From Octopus sinensis (taxonomy: Eukaryota): DNA of 64,000 nt. This document shows positions 24,559-37,651 of this stretch, in pieces. The notes below the pieces were generated by a model. It was not told the origin of the DNA. It made no database searches and was given only the letters and a program-made list of their open reading frames with translations. Made by a program: the position numbers and the translations under genes. The first letter of the stretch is position 1; the number at the start of each line of letters is the position of its first letter. Location of the stretch: NCBI RefSeq assembly GCF_006345805.1, contig NC_043003.1, forward strand, positions 4,216,001 to 4,280,000, in the 5' to 3' direction.

Positions 24559-27500
24559 ATATCTTCCTATCTACCCGTCTATCTTTCTGTCTGCTCGTCT
24601 ATCTTCCTATCTACCCGTCTATCTTTCTGTCTGCTCGTCTATCTTCCTATCTACCCGTCTATCTTTCTGTCTGCTCGTCTATCTTCCTATCTACCCGTCT
24701 ATCTTTCTGTCTGCTCGTCTATCTTCCTATCTACCCGTCTATCTTTCTGTCTGCCAGTCTATCTTTCTATCTACCCGTCTATCTTCCTATCTACCCGTCT
24801 ATCTTTCTGTCTGCCCGTCTATCTTCCTATCTACCCGTCTATCTTTCTGTCTGCCCTTCTATCTTCCTATCTACCCGTCTATCTTTCTGTCTGCCCTTCT
24901 ATCTTCCTATCTACCCGTCTATCTTCCTATCTACCCGTCTATCTTTCTGTCTGCTCGTCTATCTTCCTATCTACCCGTCTATCTTTCTGTCTGCTCGTCT
25001 ATCTTCCTATCTACCCGTCTATCTTCCTATCTACCCGTCTATCTTTCTGTCTGCTCGTCTATCTTCCTATCTACCCGTCTATCTTTCTGTCTGCCCGTCT
25101 ATCTTTCTATCTACCCGTCTATCTTCCTATCTACCCGTCTATCTTTCTGTCTGCCCGTCTATCTTCCTATCTACCCGTCTATCTTCCTATCTACCCGTCT
25201 ATCTTTCTGTCTGCCCTTCTATCTTCCTATCTACCCGTCTATCTTCCTATCTACCCGTCTATCTTTCTGTCTGCTCGTCTATCTTCCTATCTACCCGTCT
25301 ATCTTTCTGTCTGCTCGTCTATCTTCCTATCTACCCGTCTATCTTTCTGTCTGCCCGTCTATCTTTCTATCTACCCGTCTATCTTCCTATCTACCCGTCT
25401 ATCTTTCTGTCTGCCCGTCTATCTTCCTATCTACCCGTCTATCTTTCTGTCTGCCCTTCTATCTTCCTATCTACCCGTCTATCTTTCTGTCTGCCCGTCT
25501 ATCTTTCTATCTACCCGTCTATCTTTCTATCTACCCGTCTATCTTCCTATCTACCCGTATATCTTCCTATCTACCCGTCTATCTTTCTGTCTGCCCGTCT
25601 ATCTTTCTGTCTGCCAGTCTATCTTCCTATCTACCCGTCTATCTTCCTATCTACCCGTCTATCTTCCTATCTACCCGTCTATCTTTCTGTCTGCCCGTCT
25701 ATCTTCCTATCTACCCGTCTATCTTTCTATCTACCCGTCTATCTTTCTGTCTGCCCGTCTATCTTCCTATCTACCCGTCTATCTTCCTATCTACCCGTCT
25801 ACCTTTCTGTCTGCCCGTCTATCTTCCTATCTACCCGTCTATCTTCCTATCTACCCGTCTATCTTTCTATCTGCCCGTCTATCTTCCTATCTACCCGTCT
25901 ATCTTTCTATCTGCCCGTCTATCTTTCTATCTACCCGTCTTTCTTCCCATCTCCCGTCTATCTTCCTATCTACCCGTCTATCTTCCTATCTACCCGTCTA
26001 TCTTTCTGTCTGCCCGTCTATCTTCCTATCTACCCGTCTATCTTTCTATCTACCCGTCTATCTTCCTATCTACCCGTCTATCTTTCTGTCTGCCCGTCTA
26101 TCTTCCTATCTACCCGTCTATCTTTCTGTCTGCCCTTCTATCTTCCTATCTACCCGTCTATCTTTCTGTCTGCCCGTCTATCTTTCTATCTACCCGTCTA
26201 TCTTCCTATCTACCCGTATATCTTCCTATCTACCCGTCTATCTTTCTGTCTGCCCGTCTATCTTTCTGTCTGCCAGTCTATCTTCCTATCTACCCGTCTA
26301 TCTTCCTATCTACCCGTCTATCTTCCTATCTACCCGTCTATCTTTCTGTCTGCCCGTCTATCTTCCTATCTACCCGTCTATCTTTCTGTCTGCCCGTCTA
26401 TCTTCCTATCTACCCGTCTATCTTTCTGTCTGCCCGTCTATCTTCCTATCTACCCGTCTATCTTTCTGTCTGCCCGTCTATCTTCCTATCTACCCGTCTA
26501 TCTTCCTATCTACCCGTCTACCTTTCTGTCTGCCCATCTATCTTCCTATCTACCCGTCTATCTTCCTATCTACCCGTCTATCTTTCTGTCTGCCCGTCTA
26601 TCTTTCTATCTACCCGTCTATCTTTCTGTCTTCCCGTCTATCTTCCTATCTAACCGTCTATCTTCCTATCTACCCGTCTATCTTTCTATCTACCCGTCTA
26701 TCTTTCTATCTGCCCGTCTATCTTTCTCTCTGCCCGTCTATCTATCTACCCGTCTTTCTTCCCATCTCCCGTCTATCTTCCTATCTACCCGTCTATCTTC
26801 CTGTCTACCCGTCTATCTTTCTGTCTGCCCGTCTATATTCCTATCTACCCGTCTATCTTTCTATCTACCCGTCTATCTTTCTGTCTGCCCGTCTATCTTC
26901 CTATCTACCCGTCTATCTTTCTATCTACCCGTCTATCTTTCTGTCTACCCGTCTATCTTCCTATCTGCCCGTCTATCTTCCTGTCTGCCCGTCTATCTTC
27001 CTATCTACCCGTCTATCTTTCTGTCTGCCCGTCTATCTTCCTATCTACCCGTCTATCTTCCTATCTGCCCGTCTATCTTCCTATCTACCCGTCTATCTTC
27101 CTATCTACCCATCTACCTTCCTATCTACCCGTCTATCTTCCTGTCTGCCCGTCTATCTTCCTATCTACCCGTCTATCTTCCTATCTACCCGTCTATCTTC
27201 CTATCTGCCCGTCTATCTTCCTATCTACCCATCTACCTTCCTATCTGCCCGTCTATCTTCCTATCTACCCGTCTACCTTCCTATCTACCCGTCTACCTTC
27301 CTATCTGCCCGTCTATCTATCTTCCTATCTGCCCGTCTATCTTTCTATCTACCCGTCTATCTTCCTACCTACCCGTCTACCTTTCTGTCTGCCCGTCTAT
27401 CTTCCTATCTGCCCGTCTATCTTCCTGCCTGCCCGTCTATCTTCCTATCTACCCGTCTATCTTCCTGCCTGCCCGTCTATCTTCCTATCTGCCCGTCTAT

Positions 27501-27604
27501 CTATCTTCCTACCTGCCCGTCTATCTATCTTCCTATCTGCCCGTCTATCTTTCTATCTACCCGTCTACCTTCCTACCTGCCCGTCTATCTATCTTTCTAT
27601 CTAT
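24559..27604. repeat. About 3-kb satellite of 20-bp units (A: ATCTTCCTATCTACCCGTCT; B: ATCTTTCTGTCTGCCCGTCT), roughly 150 units
   Basis: Direct reading. The period matches the 60-base lines, with occasional register shifts. Confidence 0.97.
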
Positions 27605-28260
27605 CCCTCACTCTTACTGTCATATTACCTCTCCACCCCATCCACTTACTCTGTCTTGATTTCCTTATTTGTCCCACACATTCACTCCGACCTACCCCCC
27701 TCACTCTCTCACTACCTATCTCTACCACCCTCGACTCTCACTCTCTTTTCAGTCTATTTCCTTTCAACTTCTCCCGATTTCACTTAAACCAATCAACCCA
27801 ACCTCTCTCTCTCTCTCTCTCTCCTCCACCCCCTCCCTCCCTCCCGTACTGACTTCTTTCATATTTCTCTCTCTCTCTCTCTCTCTCTCATATCGCTCCT
27901 CCTCTCCACGCACGACTCTTCCTCCGAACCCTCCCTCTCACTACCACCCACTCCCCAACCTTATCTATCAACCACCATATCTCCCTCTCAAGTGCTTCCC
28001 TTCCCTCTCCTCCCTCTGTCCATTCTTATCAAGGTGACCTCTCCACAAGCTGATAACTAATTCTATTGTTTTAATCATAATTCACAACCGACTCCTTCCT
28101 CACCCCGCCCTGCTCCCACCACATCTCAATTGTCCTTTCTTTCTTCCTTCCTTTTAATCATCGATAACACTTCTCCCACACACATTCTCCCCCGCCCCCT
28201 ACCACTATCTCTCTCTATCGGTTCCTCTCTCCTTAATCTGTTTATCTACATTCCTATACA
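27605..28260. repeat. Pyrimidine-rich (CT) low-complexity tract
   Basis: Direct reading. Confidence 0.8.
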
Positions 28261-28428
28261 TGTACATGCGTGTGCATACATTTTCCTTATACATTAGGCG
28301 TATGCATATATTATCAGATATGTGTGTGTGTGTGTGTGTGTATTCACGTGTCTACATGTATATACACAGAGATTCATATACACACCCTCGCATGCATACA
28401 CACATTCCTACACACGGATGCGCAAATT

Positions 28429-28495
<67 letters not shown>

Positions 28496-28719
28496 GTATT
28501 CACGTGTCTCGATCCAAGCGCATACACACATGTAAGTATATGTGCATCTGTTGCAAATTGGAAAGACCCTTTTTACGGACATTGTTCTAAAGTTGCAGTG
28601 GACCTTTTGGGTGATGACTGAGCCTAGCGCAGGGTCACAATTGGCCCCACCGTTTCAGTTTGGAAAGAACATCGGTCAAAGATTACCTCAAATCTACTCC
28701 TCCTTCCACGACAAAAGGC

Positions 28720-29130
28720 GACGATAACATCGCGAAAGTGCATCCAGTGATTCATAAAAACCGTTGCCTGGCAGTCTTCGGAAACGGTAAGAATCTGTAA
28801 AAGTTCATGTCACGTGGTTTTAAACGTAGAATTGAAGATGCATCATGTTACTGCAAGATTTCTGCTGCATCTGCTGACAAGAACTGTTTGATCGTTCGAA
28901 TATTGATGAAAACTTTCTGAAAAGCTATCATAACAAGGAACGAAACGTGGGTGCATGGAGACAGTTTTGATGTCGAAAGGAAATGCAGCTGTTTCAATCC
29001 GTTGGATATTTGCCGGATTCATTCAAATATGAAAGTTATAGCGATCGTATTTTTGATTGGAACCGTATTATTTCATCACGGGTTTTTTCAACTTGATCCC
29101 ACAAATAAAGTATTTTTGGTGGGTGTCCCA
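28720..29130 (+). pseudogene. Decayed mariner transposase fragment
   Basis: NIAKVH..., LKMHHV, IITRNETWVHG (compare ITGDETW), SNMKVIAIVF (compare KVM..VF). Confidence 0.6.
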
Positions 29131-29374
29131 TAGTGTTCCAGTAATGCCGGACCAAAAATAGCTCGAAACATCTCTATGTATTGACAAATAAAACTCGGAT
29201 GCAGCATCACATGGAAATCCTTATCCGTGAGTTATTAACAATCCGAAGGCAATTCCTCTCTTTCCTACACTCAGGAGTTTCACTGTTGCGGTGGTAGATC
29301 CAAGAAAATCAACTGCGACAATCACGTATTACTTCCAGACAATAAAAGAAAGTGTTCCAGAAGATAAAAGATGA

Positions 29375-29682
29375 AATATTGGTCCTCCGTCGGTTACGAC
29401 GACGAGGGTTGCAGTTGATTTGGTCAACAGAACAGCCTGCTCGTGAAATTAACATGCAAGCGGCCGAGCTCTCCACAGACATAACCTTAGCGTAGTTCTC
29501 ACGGAGATTCAGCATGTGACGAGGCCGACCCACTGAATCACAGGTACAACCCACTTTTGCTGGTCGAGTAAACTGGAGCAATTAGAAATAAAGTATTTTA
29601 CACCAGGTTACAACGCGTTGCCGGGAATCGAACTCACGACCTTACGAGCCGAATATCCTAACTCGTAAGCCACGTGCCTTCA
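29375..29682 (-). mobile_element. SINE head D + tail 1, diverged
   Basis: Tail homologous to 46320-46500; head homologous to 40525-40620. Confidence 0.6.
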
Positions 29683-30094
29683 TTTCCAGAACGTGATCTA
29701 GAAATGAAAATCAGATTTTGAGCGGTGTTATCAACAACGGAAGGAATTGTTTTGAAGGAGTCCAGAGTGAACAAGTTCAATTATCAGATTAAATAAATTT
29801 GTTGTTTCTTCAAAGCTTTTGGCTTCGTTTTGAACGTAACTTGCATATAAGAAGTGATTAATTAACCACAAATATGATAAGAGAGAAACGAAATTATAAT
29901 TAAGCAATAATAGATAATGAAGTAGATAATGGAAGCTATATATATCGCAAAGTTTGTAAACATCAATAGGAAGCGAGAATAATATGAGCAGAGGCACAGG
30001 AGGAGGGGAGATTTTATAGGTACGGCACTTTGGATTGTATGAAAGCAGTAGACGAGGGGGAGGATTCGTGACTGAGAGATATAAAATAAGGAAG

Positions 30095-30129
<35 letters not shown>

Positions 30130-30619
30130 CCCTTCTACAAGGCATGAAAATTTAAGCAGAAGTGAATTGGCCGATTAGAGCTATGCCAGTGTTCATCCGC
30201 TCAGGGTCAAACAAGTAAAGTACCAGTTGAAAGACAAAGTCGACCCAAGCATTTTGTCTGGCGCATTTACAATTCTGCCTGTTCGATACCTTTAACAATC
30301 CTCTGCTATAGACACAAGGCCTGGAATTTTGTTGGGGACGGTGGGGTCCAGTCAATTCCTTTGATCTCAATCCTTGGCTGGTACTTGTTTCATCGACTTC
30401 GAAAGGATGAACCGAAGTCGACCTCGGTGGAACTTGAATTTGGAACATAGAGACACCCAAGAAATATCGCAAAGTATTTTGTCCAAAGAGCTAACGATTC
30501 CGTCAACTCACCCTCTCTGTTTTAGTTGTTTGAGAAAAATGCTCAAAGATGGTCAGGTGTTCTACAGACATGACGCATCGGTCGTCTGACCTTTACAATT
30601 ACTCCAACTGTTTAGGCGT

Positions 30620-31100
30620 TACATGAAAAAGGGTCTCCGGTGTGATCCCAGTGTGGTTATCTCGCCTCGTTCTTTTCAAGTTTAGGGGAGTATCTCTCTG
30701 CTCCGACACTTTACCAAGATCCACCAGAGATCTAGTTCTAGTGTGAACTCCAATATTGTGACCTTCACCGCCCTTCTTCCCAAATAAGTTAGGAAGAGAG
30801 CGAAGTCCGTGCTGTGACAGGTGATCACTGAATGTTGTAAATAAGACCTCGAACCCACAAACTGTCTTACCTTAGATATATGATCGATGTCCTGCCATTC
30901 AAAACGGAGTCCTTTTTACTTGGGGGTTCGAGTTTTAAGTCAACACATCGATATGTTTCCGTCTTTATAACAATTGCAGCCAGAGTTCCATAAAGAGGCG
31001 CAAGCGCTTCTATTTCTCTTTTCCATTTTCCTACATCCGGCGTCGTCTTTAGTTTCGCTTGCTTGTTTCCAAAGACAGACCATTGTTGTTCTGTGAACAT
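30620..31100 (-). pseudogene. Decayed coding-like relic, possibly L1/Tx1-type ORF1
   Basis: ORF 30867-31100 joined by a frameshift to DIDHISKVRQFVGSR...FALFLTYLGRRAVKVTI. Assignment is from recollection only. Confidence 0.3.
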
Positions 31101-31239
31101 TATTCCAGGAATTAAGCCTCATTGTTATGGCTGTTAGTGCTGCTGTCGTTGCTGCTAATCTTGTCCCCGTCGCTGCCACCCCCACTCTCCTCCACTGCTA
31201 CTACTGTTATTGTCGTTGCTGCTGATGTTGAGCGAAGCG

Positions 31240-31612
31240 GTCTTCGTCCCAGAGCTCGCAAGATGGGAGAAGTCCGAAACGTGGCTCTTTGCTATTCGTA
31301 AGACCCGCAGAAGAGAGAAAGCAGGTCAACCCCCGACGCCGAGAGCATCGACGGATGGATGAATGCGCATCCAGGCTCCAGGTTTAGCGGTTGCGTAGGA
31401 AGTCGGGGACAAGAAACAGGAAGAAAGAATGAGAGAAAGTTGGAGCGAAAGAGTACAACAGGGGTCGCCACCAATCCCTGCCGGAACCTCGTGGAGCTTT
31501 AGGTGTTTTCGCTCAATAAACACACACTCACAACGCCCGGTCTGGGAATCGAAACCGCGATCCTCCGACCGCGAGTCCGCTGCCCTAACCATTGGGCCAT
31601 TGCTCCCCCACT
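31240..31612 (-). mobile_element. SINE head C + tail 4
   Basis: The head matches 46126-46320; the 3' part is unrelated to tail 1. Confidence 0.7.
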
Positions 31613-32026
31613 GTCATTGCTGCTGCTGACTTTGCTATCATTGATAATGTTGTTGCTGTGGTTAGTTTCGCCGATGCTGTTGTTGACGCCATTGTTTCAC
31701 TGCTTCTCTCGTTCACCGCGAAACTAATTGAGCTTCGAACGGTCAACACCGAAATATTCTCCTCTCCTTCCACGAGCAGAATGCCGCCTTCGCTTACATA
31801 GCTGATTGTCTCGCTTTCATTTCGGTTGTTGCTGTTGTTTCTATTAATGTTGTCTGCCGTAATAACAGCGATGTAATTATTTGGACATTTGACTTGGAAA
31901 ACATTCTCCTTGAAGAAAAGGGAACTTTGTAATGTGCTGCGACTGTCTCTCAGAGTCCCCTCTCACTTCTTTTTCCATTATACTGGCTGTTGAAGCGGAT
32001 CCTGTTTTTTTTCTTTTTAATATAAA

Positions 32027-32421
32027 CTAGCAGTATCGCTCGGCGTTGCTCGGGTTTGTAAGGGAAATAACTATATAAGCATTTTTATAGATGTAAAGTA
32101 TAATAGCCATCTCAATATGGCTAACCACAAAGTGGGGGTGTTACTGTAGCTTTTTACGTTCTGAGATTTAATAATAAACTTTTAGAGAGTTACTTCCCTT
32201 ATATATGCCAAAAATGCATTAAAAATGGGAAAAATTGATGGTAAATTTTTTTTTAATCGTAGACTCATCGTAGACGCGCGCTAATACCCAGAAGGGCTCG
32301 ATATGAATCACGACTATAAGATACCCGGTTTTGGTTAAACTGCACCGCAAAATGTGTGAGTAGTTAGGAATCTAAATCGTAGGAGACAGACAGCACACAA
32401 CCTCACTTTTATATATAAAGA
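32027..32421 (-). mobile_element. Non-autonomous Helitron, copy 3 (variant internal segment)
   Basis: Reverse-complement termini A|CTAG...GA|T. Segment ~32091-32180 is absent from the other copies. Confidence 0.85.
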
Positions 32422-33052
32422 TATTTGAAAAAGTCAAAGATTTTCTCAGAAAAAAGTTAATTTTAAAATACACGGCATCCGCATTTTGTCCAACTTACAG
32501 TTTTAATAAAACAGTTTCACAATCCTTAACAACGCTTTAATTATTCAACTCTAAATCGTTTCAATAATGTAGTTTTACTGCAGATTATATTCGCACACAC
32601 ACAAACGTGTGTGTGGTGTGTGTATAAATACATATACACGCCCGATACATACACACACACATGCATGTGCTACACAAACATATATAGGTATGCGTGTGAG
32701 AATTTTCAGTTGGCTGGTTAGGTTAAATGCTATCTTGTCATTCTTCTAGACTACAAATCCACATTGAGACTTAGTCATCAACTTTAATACTAAGCTAGTC
32801 GACCGTAGCAATTAAAATAAGTTGAGGATTACTGAATTGTGCAATATATACTGCTTTAGACCAACGTGTCACCTCTGTAGCGAGGGTAACAGCCGTCTGC
32901 ATACAATCATCTTTATTATATATACACTGCTTTTAACATATGCAAAGACGAGCAGCTATTTATTTGATTCAAGGATGTATATCGTTTATTGACGTCTATC
33001 GTTTATTGAATATACATATGTTTGGATGCACATAAGTATTACTATCCATGAA

Positions 33053-33275
33053 TACCTATTTCTTTCTTGCCTACAAGGGGCTAAACACAGAGGAGACAAA
33101 CAAGGACAAAGGGCTTAAGTCGGTTACATCGACCCCAGTGCGTAACTGGTACTTAATTTATCGACCCCGAAAAGATGAAAGGCAAAGTCGACCTCGGTGG
33201 AATTTGAACTCAGAACGTAACGGCAGCCGAAATACTGCTAAGCATTTCGCCCGACGATTCTGCCAGCTCGCCGCC
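33053..33275 (-). mobile_element. SINE family A
   Basis: Reverse complement of the family A core and tail. Confidence 0.8.
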
Positions 33276-35784
33276 ATGTACGCATACATTCGCCCATGGA
33301 CGTAAGTATCAGTGTGTACCTGTAAGCGTACCTGCATGCACGTAAATGACTATTTACCCGTGCAGGCTTGCACCTATCCACACAACCTGTCTCTGCCTGC
33401 CGTCTTCCATATCTCATTTGTTCTATCTGACTACCTGTCTATCCACCTGCCTGCCTATCGACCTGTTTACCAGTGACAGCAGACTTCGGTATTAATATAA
33501 TGGAAGGACGGGAAGTCATTATTTTATGACGATTCCTTCTGGAATAAGAAACGCGGAAATGAATTGTTCTATAAATTCAAAAATTGCTCCGACGGAACAG
33601 AAACTTCGGATATTCTCGCATCACATATTCTACACATAACAGGATCCATTAGAATAGGATTTTACTGAGACTGCGGATTCACCGAATCCTGTAACCGAGA
33701 AACTAACAATTAACGTTCTTAGAATTCGAACTCTTGCATAAATCCAACAAGGAGAGAATATACATATACGAGAGACCCAACAGCCCACCCACCAACGTGA
33801 TCATACATCGCATAAAAGACAATATTAGTAGAAATATATATTGCATTGAAGAAAAATATTTAATGAAGCTCTATCTTACTACAATGGCGTAATAGCTTGG
33901 TGTATGCGTGATTTAGTTAAATGTGCATGCGTCTAAACAAGTTGGAATACATACAACAGCTTATATAAAAATAAAGCTAAATGTAGAAATAGAAAAATCG
34001 CCTGGGGTAATCCCCTTCACAGTTTAAATGTTTCCAGGAATGTAGCAAAGACTTTTCTAAGATTTCTTCACTTCAGATGCCATGAAATCATCAGCAGAAA
34101 GTCTAGACTACAACTATTCGGGACATCACTAACTGGTGGTGTTTCGTCGAAGACCTAATATCCATTTGTAGGATGGATCCCGATGTGAACCAAGTCCATC
34201 GTAAAGGTATACCAACTGTTTTTATTTCATAAACTAAGGCATACAAATTTATTCTGCTTCGGCGAAAGAGACAGTGTAGCGAACGAAATTCCAGTGAATG
34301 AAGACAAAACTTTTTTCCTTTCGAACATACTCTTATCAAGATCTTCAAGTCCCAATTGAAAAAGAGAAATAAGTGTTAATTTTCTGTAATTATTCTGAAA
34401 GATGGAAACAGTAGCGAGCCTGGTTTGGTTGGAGGGTCTCGTGGGTCCTATTTTGTTTTAGAACAATGACAGTCTTCCATTTGGGACACACACACACACA
34501 CACACACACATACGTTTATATTTGCTTTTTTTAAAAATATATATACATATACACACACATATATATATATACATTTATATTTGCTTTATTTAAAAAGATA
34601 TATACACACATACACACATATATATATAATGATATAAATAATGTATAAATATATGCATATATACATACATATATATTTGTACATACCTACATATATATGT
34701 ATATAAACACGCATATATGGGTACAAGACATAAAAAAAAAACGTTGAACACAATGAGAAACGAAAACATAAAAACAAAAACAAGGAAAACGAACTTTTTT
34801 CGAACAACGAAAAACAGAGAAACTCGACATGCAGAATAAAGAATATTCCCCTTCATCAGTTGTCCATGTTTCATATACTTCGCGCGTCGAAAGCATACAT
34901 ATATATATATATAAATAAATATATATATCTATATATATATATTCTTTATGTTCACTATTTACTTCCACTACTGGTTTTCTTCCGGCCCGCCATTGTAATA
35001 CACCCTAATTAATTGTCCTCGTGGGAAGTAGAGAATGGGTTATCTTCATCATCATGAGGTGGTGATGTGAAAGAATCGTTAACATCCGGTTAAAATGCTT
35101 ACCGGTAATTCGCCAGTCGCTACGTTCTGAGTTCAAATTCCGCCGAGGTGGACCTTACCTTCATCCTCTCGCGGTCAACAATTAAGGATCAGTCAAGTCT
35201 TAGCTCAACATAATCGTCGAGGCCCTTCCCCTAAACTTTCAAATCTTGCGAATATAGTTGAAAAGATTGTTGTTATTAGTATTATTATCATTGTCATTTA
35301 CTCAATCCTAATTCGGTGCATTTAAACAACATTTGCTGGTTGTAAGTTAATATCTAAGCGGAAGTCTTTTTCAATAAGAGACGATCATTTAGTTGCCGTT
35401 GCTAGGTTACCAAGCGTTGCAGTTATCAGCTTTCGCCATGTCGGTCAGTAATACTTAAACTTTTACACAATAGATCTAAACTTAATCAAATTTCCGTGGG
35501 TGCGGAGGGCCAAGTGAGAACTTTAGTCGCAACCCAATTCTCAAATATCATTACTGGTGGAAGTGCTTCAAAGCGGAGCAGTCGTTGGTGATATGACGCA
35601 ATACAGTCGTATCAATGACGTTTTTACAACACTGGACATTACAGATTTGGGTTACGCCTATATACAATAAATTCAGGTTCAAATCTCACCAGGGTTAGCT
35701 TTGAATTTCACTCTCCAAACTTCTCACATTTCATCATGATAAAGTCATATCCATTTAAAAACACAAATGCACTGTTAGTCTTTT

Positions 35785-36012
35785 ATTCTTTTATTTGTTT
35801 CAGTCATTTGACTTCGGCCATGCTGGAGTACAGCCTTTAGTCGAACAAATCGACCCAGGACTTATTCTTTGTAAGCCTAGTACTTATTCTATCGGTCTCT
35901 TTTGCTAATTTACGGGGATGTAAACACACCAGTACCGGTTGTCATGATGCCACGCAGTGGGACTGAACCCGGAACCATTTGGTTGGTAAGCAAGCTACTT
36001 GCCACACAGCCA
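35785..36012 (-). mobile_element. SINE family B, internally deleted
   Basis: 3' end TTTCAGTCATTTGACTTCGGCCATGCTGGAG joined to the head GGGACTGAACCCGGAACC. Confidence 0.7.
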
Positions 36013-36079
36013 CTTTGTATAATTTTCTAATACTACACTATAGATTGACAAAGTATCCAAGTGTACATTCACGGCATCA

Positions 36080-36530
36080 TCTCGGCTGTGTGGTAAGAAG
36101 CTTCATTCCCAACCACATCGTTCCGGGTTCAGTCACACTGCGTAGCACCTTGGGCAAGTATCTTCTACTCGGGCCGAGCAAGGCCTTGTGAGTGGATTTG
36201 GTAAACGGAAACTGAAAGAAGCCCGACGTATATTATATTATATAATTTGAAACTGACTTGAAATTTGGAAGTCCACCTGAAGATTGTCGATCAGGACAAG
36301 AAACAATTGTAGTGGCGGTTTTTTTGACTTTTTATTAAAATTTTATGTATTGATTAAGTCTTTCCTTGTTTGTTTTGCAAAATAGTGGTTTTGTCTCTAA
36401 TAATATTATATATATATTATATATATATATAAAGTACTAAGCTTACAAGGATAAGCCCTGGGTGTCGACTTGTTGACTAAAGGTGGTGCTCCAGCATGGC
36501 CGCAATCAAATGACAATCAAATAAAAGAAA
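36080..36530 (+). mobile_element. SINE family B, interrupted (head 36080-36230, 3' end 36440-36530)
   Basis: GGCTGTGTGGTAAG head and AAGGTGGTGCTCCAGCATGGCCGCAATC end. Confidence 0.6.
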
Positions 36531-36596
36531 TATATATATATATATAATACAGATGTATTTTCACTCCTTCATATAAGGGTTCTTCGTATACCTATC

Positions 36597-36631
<35 letters not shown>

Positions 36632-36938
36632 CACACACAAAATTTTATTAACATCTACTACTGAGAGGAGGTTTTCACCTCAAACGCTTGACTTCATTCT
36701 GTGCATATGTTTGTATATAGTTGGAATTTTCAAAAAACAAAAACAAAAAAAAAAACAAAGCAAAAAAAACGAAGACGGGTGTGTAAACAAGAAACATGTA
36801 TTAGTTTAATGCTCGGGAAGGTGAGAAAGTCTTTTATGTTTCGAGCCTAAGCTCTTCGACAGAAAGGAACACAGAAATAAACAGGGAGAGAAAATAGAAA
36901 AAGATTTAGTGGCTAGCGATCTATCATGGCGAATGCCT

Positions 36939-37015
<77 letters not shown>

Positions 37016-37374
37016 TCATCACAACGGTCCGACGAACGGGAACGTGAAACTCTGAGAAACAGTTTTGTGATAATTTTGCACTTTTAATCAAAGTGCATAT
37101 TACTCTATCTTTCGTATTCGAGTACTAATGTTTCCGCCTTTTGCATTTATGTTCTTACTTATCTATCATAATTAACTGATCCTCCTGTATGTTCATTTAT
37201 CCAAAGCCACAAACTTTTCAGCATCCATCCCAGGTACACACATGTGTGTGTATTTATATATATATAAATAATAATTATTTGAGGGAATATTATTCCTAAC
37301 TTACAGGGAAAAAATTCAATTTAGAAATACTAAATCAAATTTCACAAAATATAATATATATAATAAAAATTAGA

Positions 37375-37444
<70 letters not shown>

Positions 37445-37607
37445 TAGAAAAAAACACCTTTTATCAATTCAAAATGAACAATTAAATAACACCATCTAGA
37501 AAATTACATATATAGAAATATTAAAAATAAGTAACAATTATATACCAATGATTAAGTAAGTTGCAAAATAATAATAAAAACGTATATATTTGGTAGAATA
37601 ACGACAC

Positions 37608-37650
<43 letters not shown>

Positions 37651-37651
<1 letters not shown>

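Noticed and set aside
24559-27604. CRISPR-like array
   Set aside because: Contiguous tandem units with no unique spacers, no cas genes, and a eukaryotic context.
24419-27659. 744-aa and 1043-aa ORFs
   Set aside because: They are translations of the stop-free 20-bp satellite, with no non-repetitive domain.
30867-31100. Host exon ending at a strong AG|GTAAGA donor
   Set aside because: Protein-like sequence continues past the donor in another frame, which fits a decayed TE ORF better.
33501-33668. 55-codon frame WKDGKSLFYDDSFWNKK, faintly like a C-type lectin
   Set aside because: No start or splice signals, and the key Cys/WND pattern is absent.
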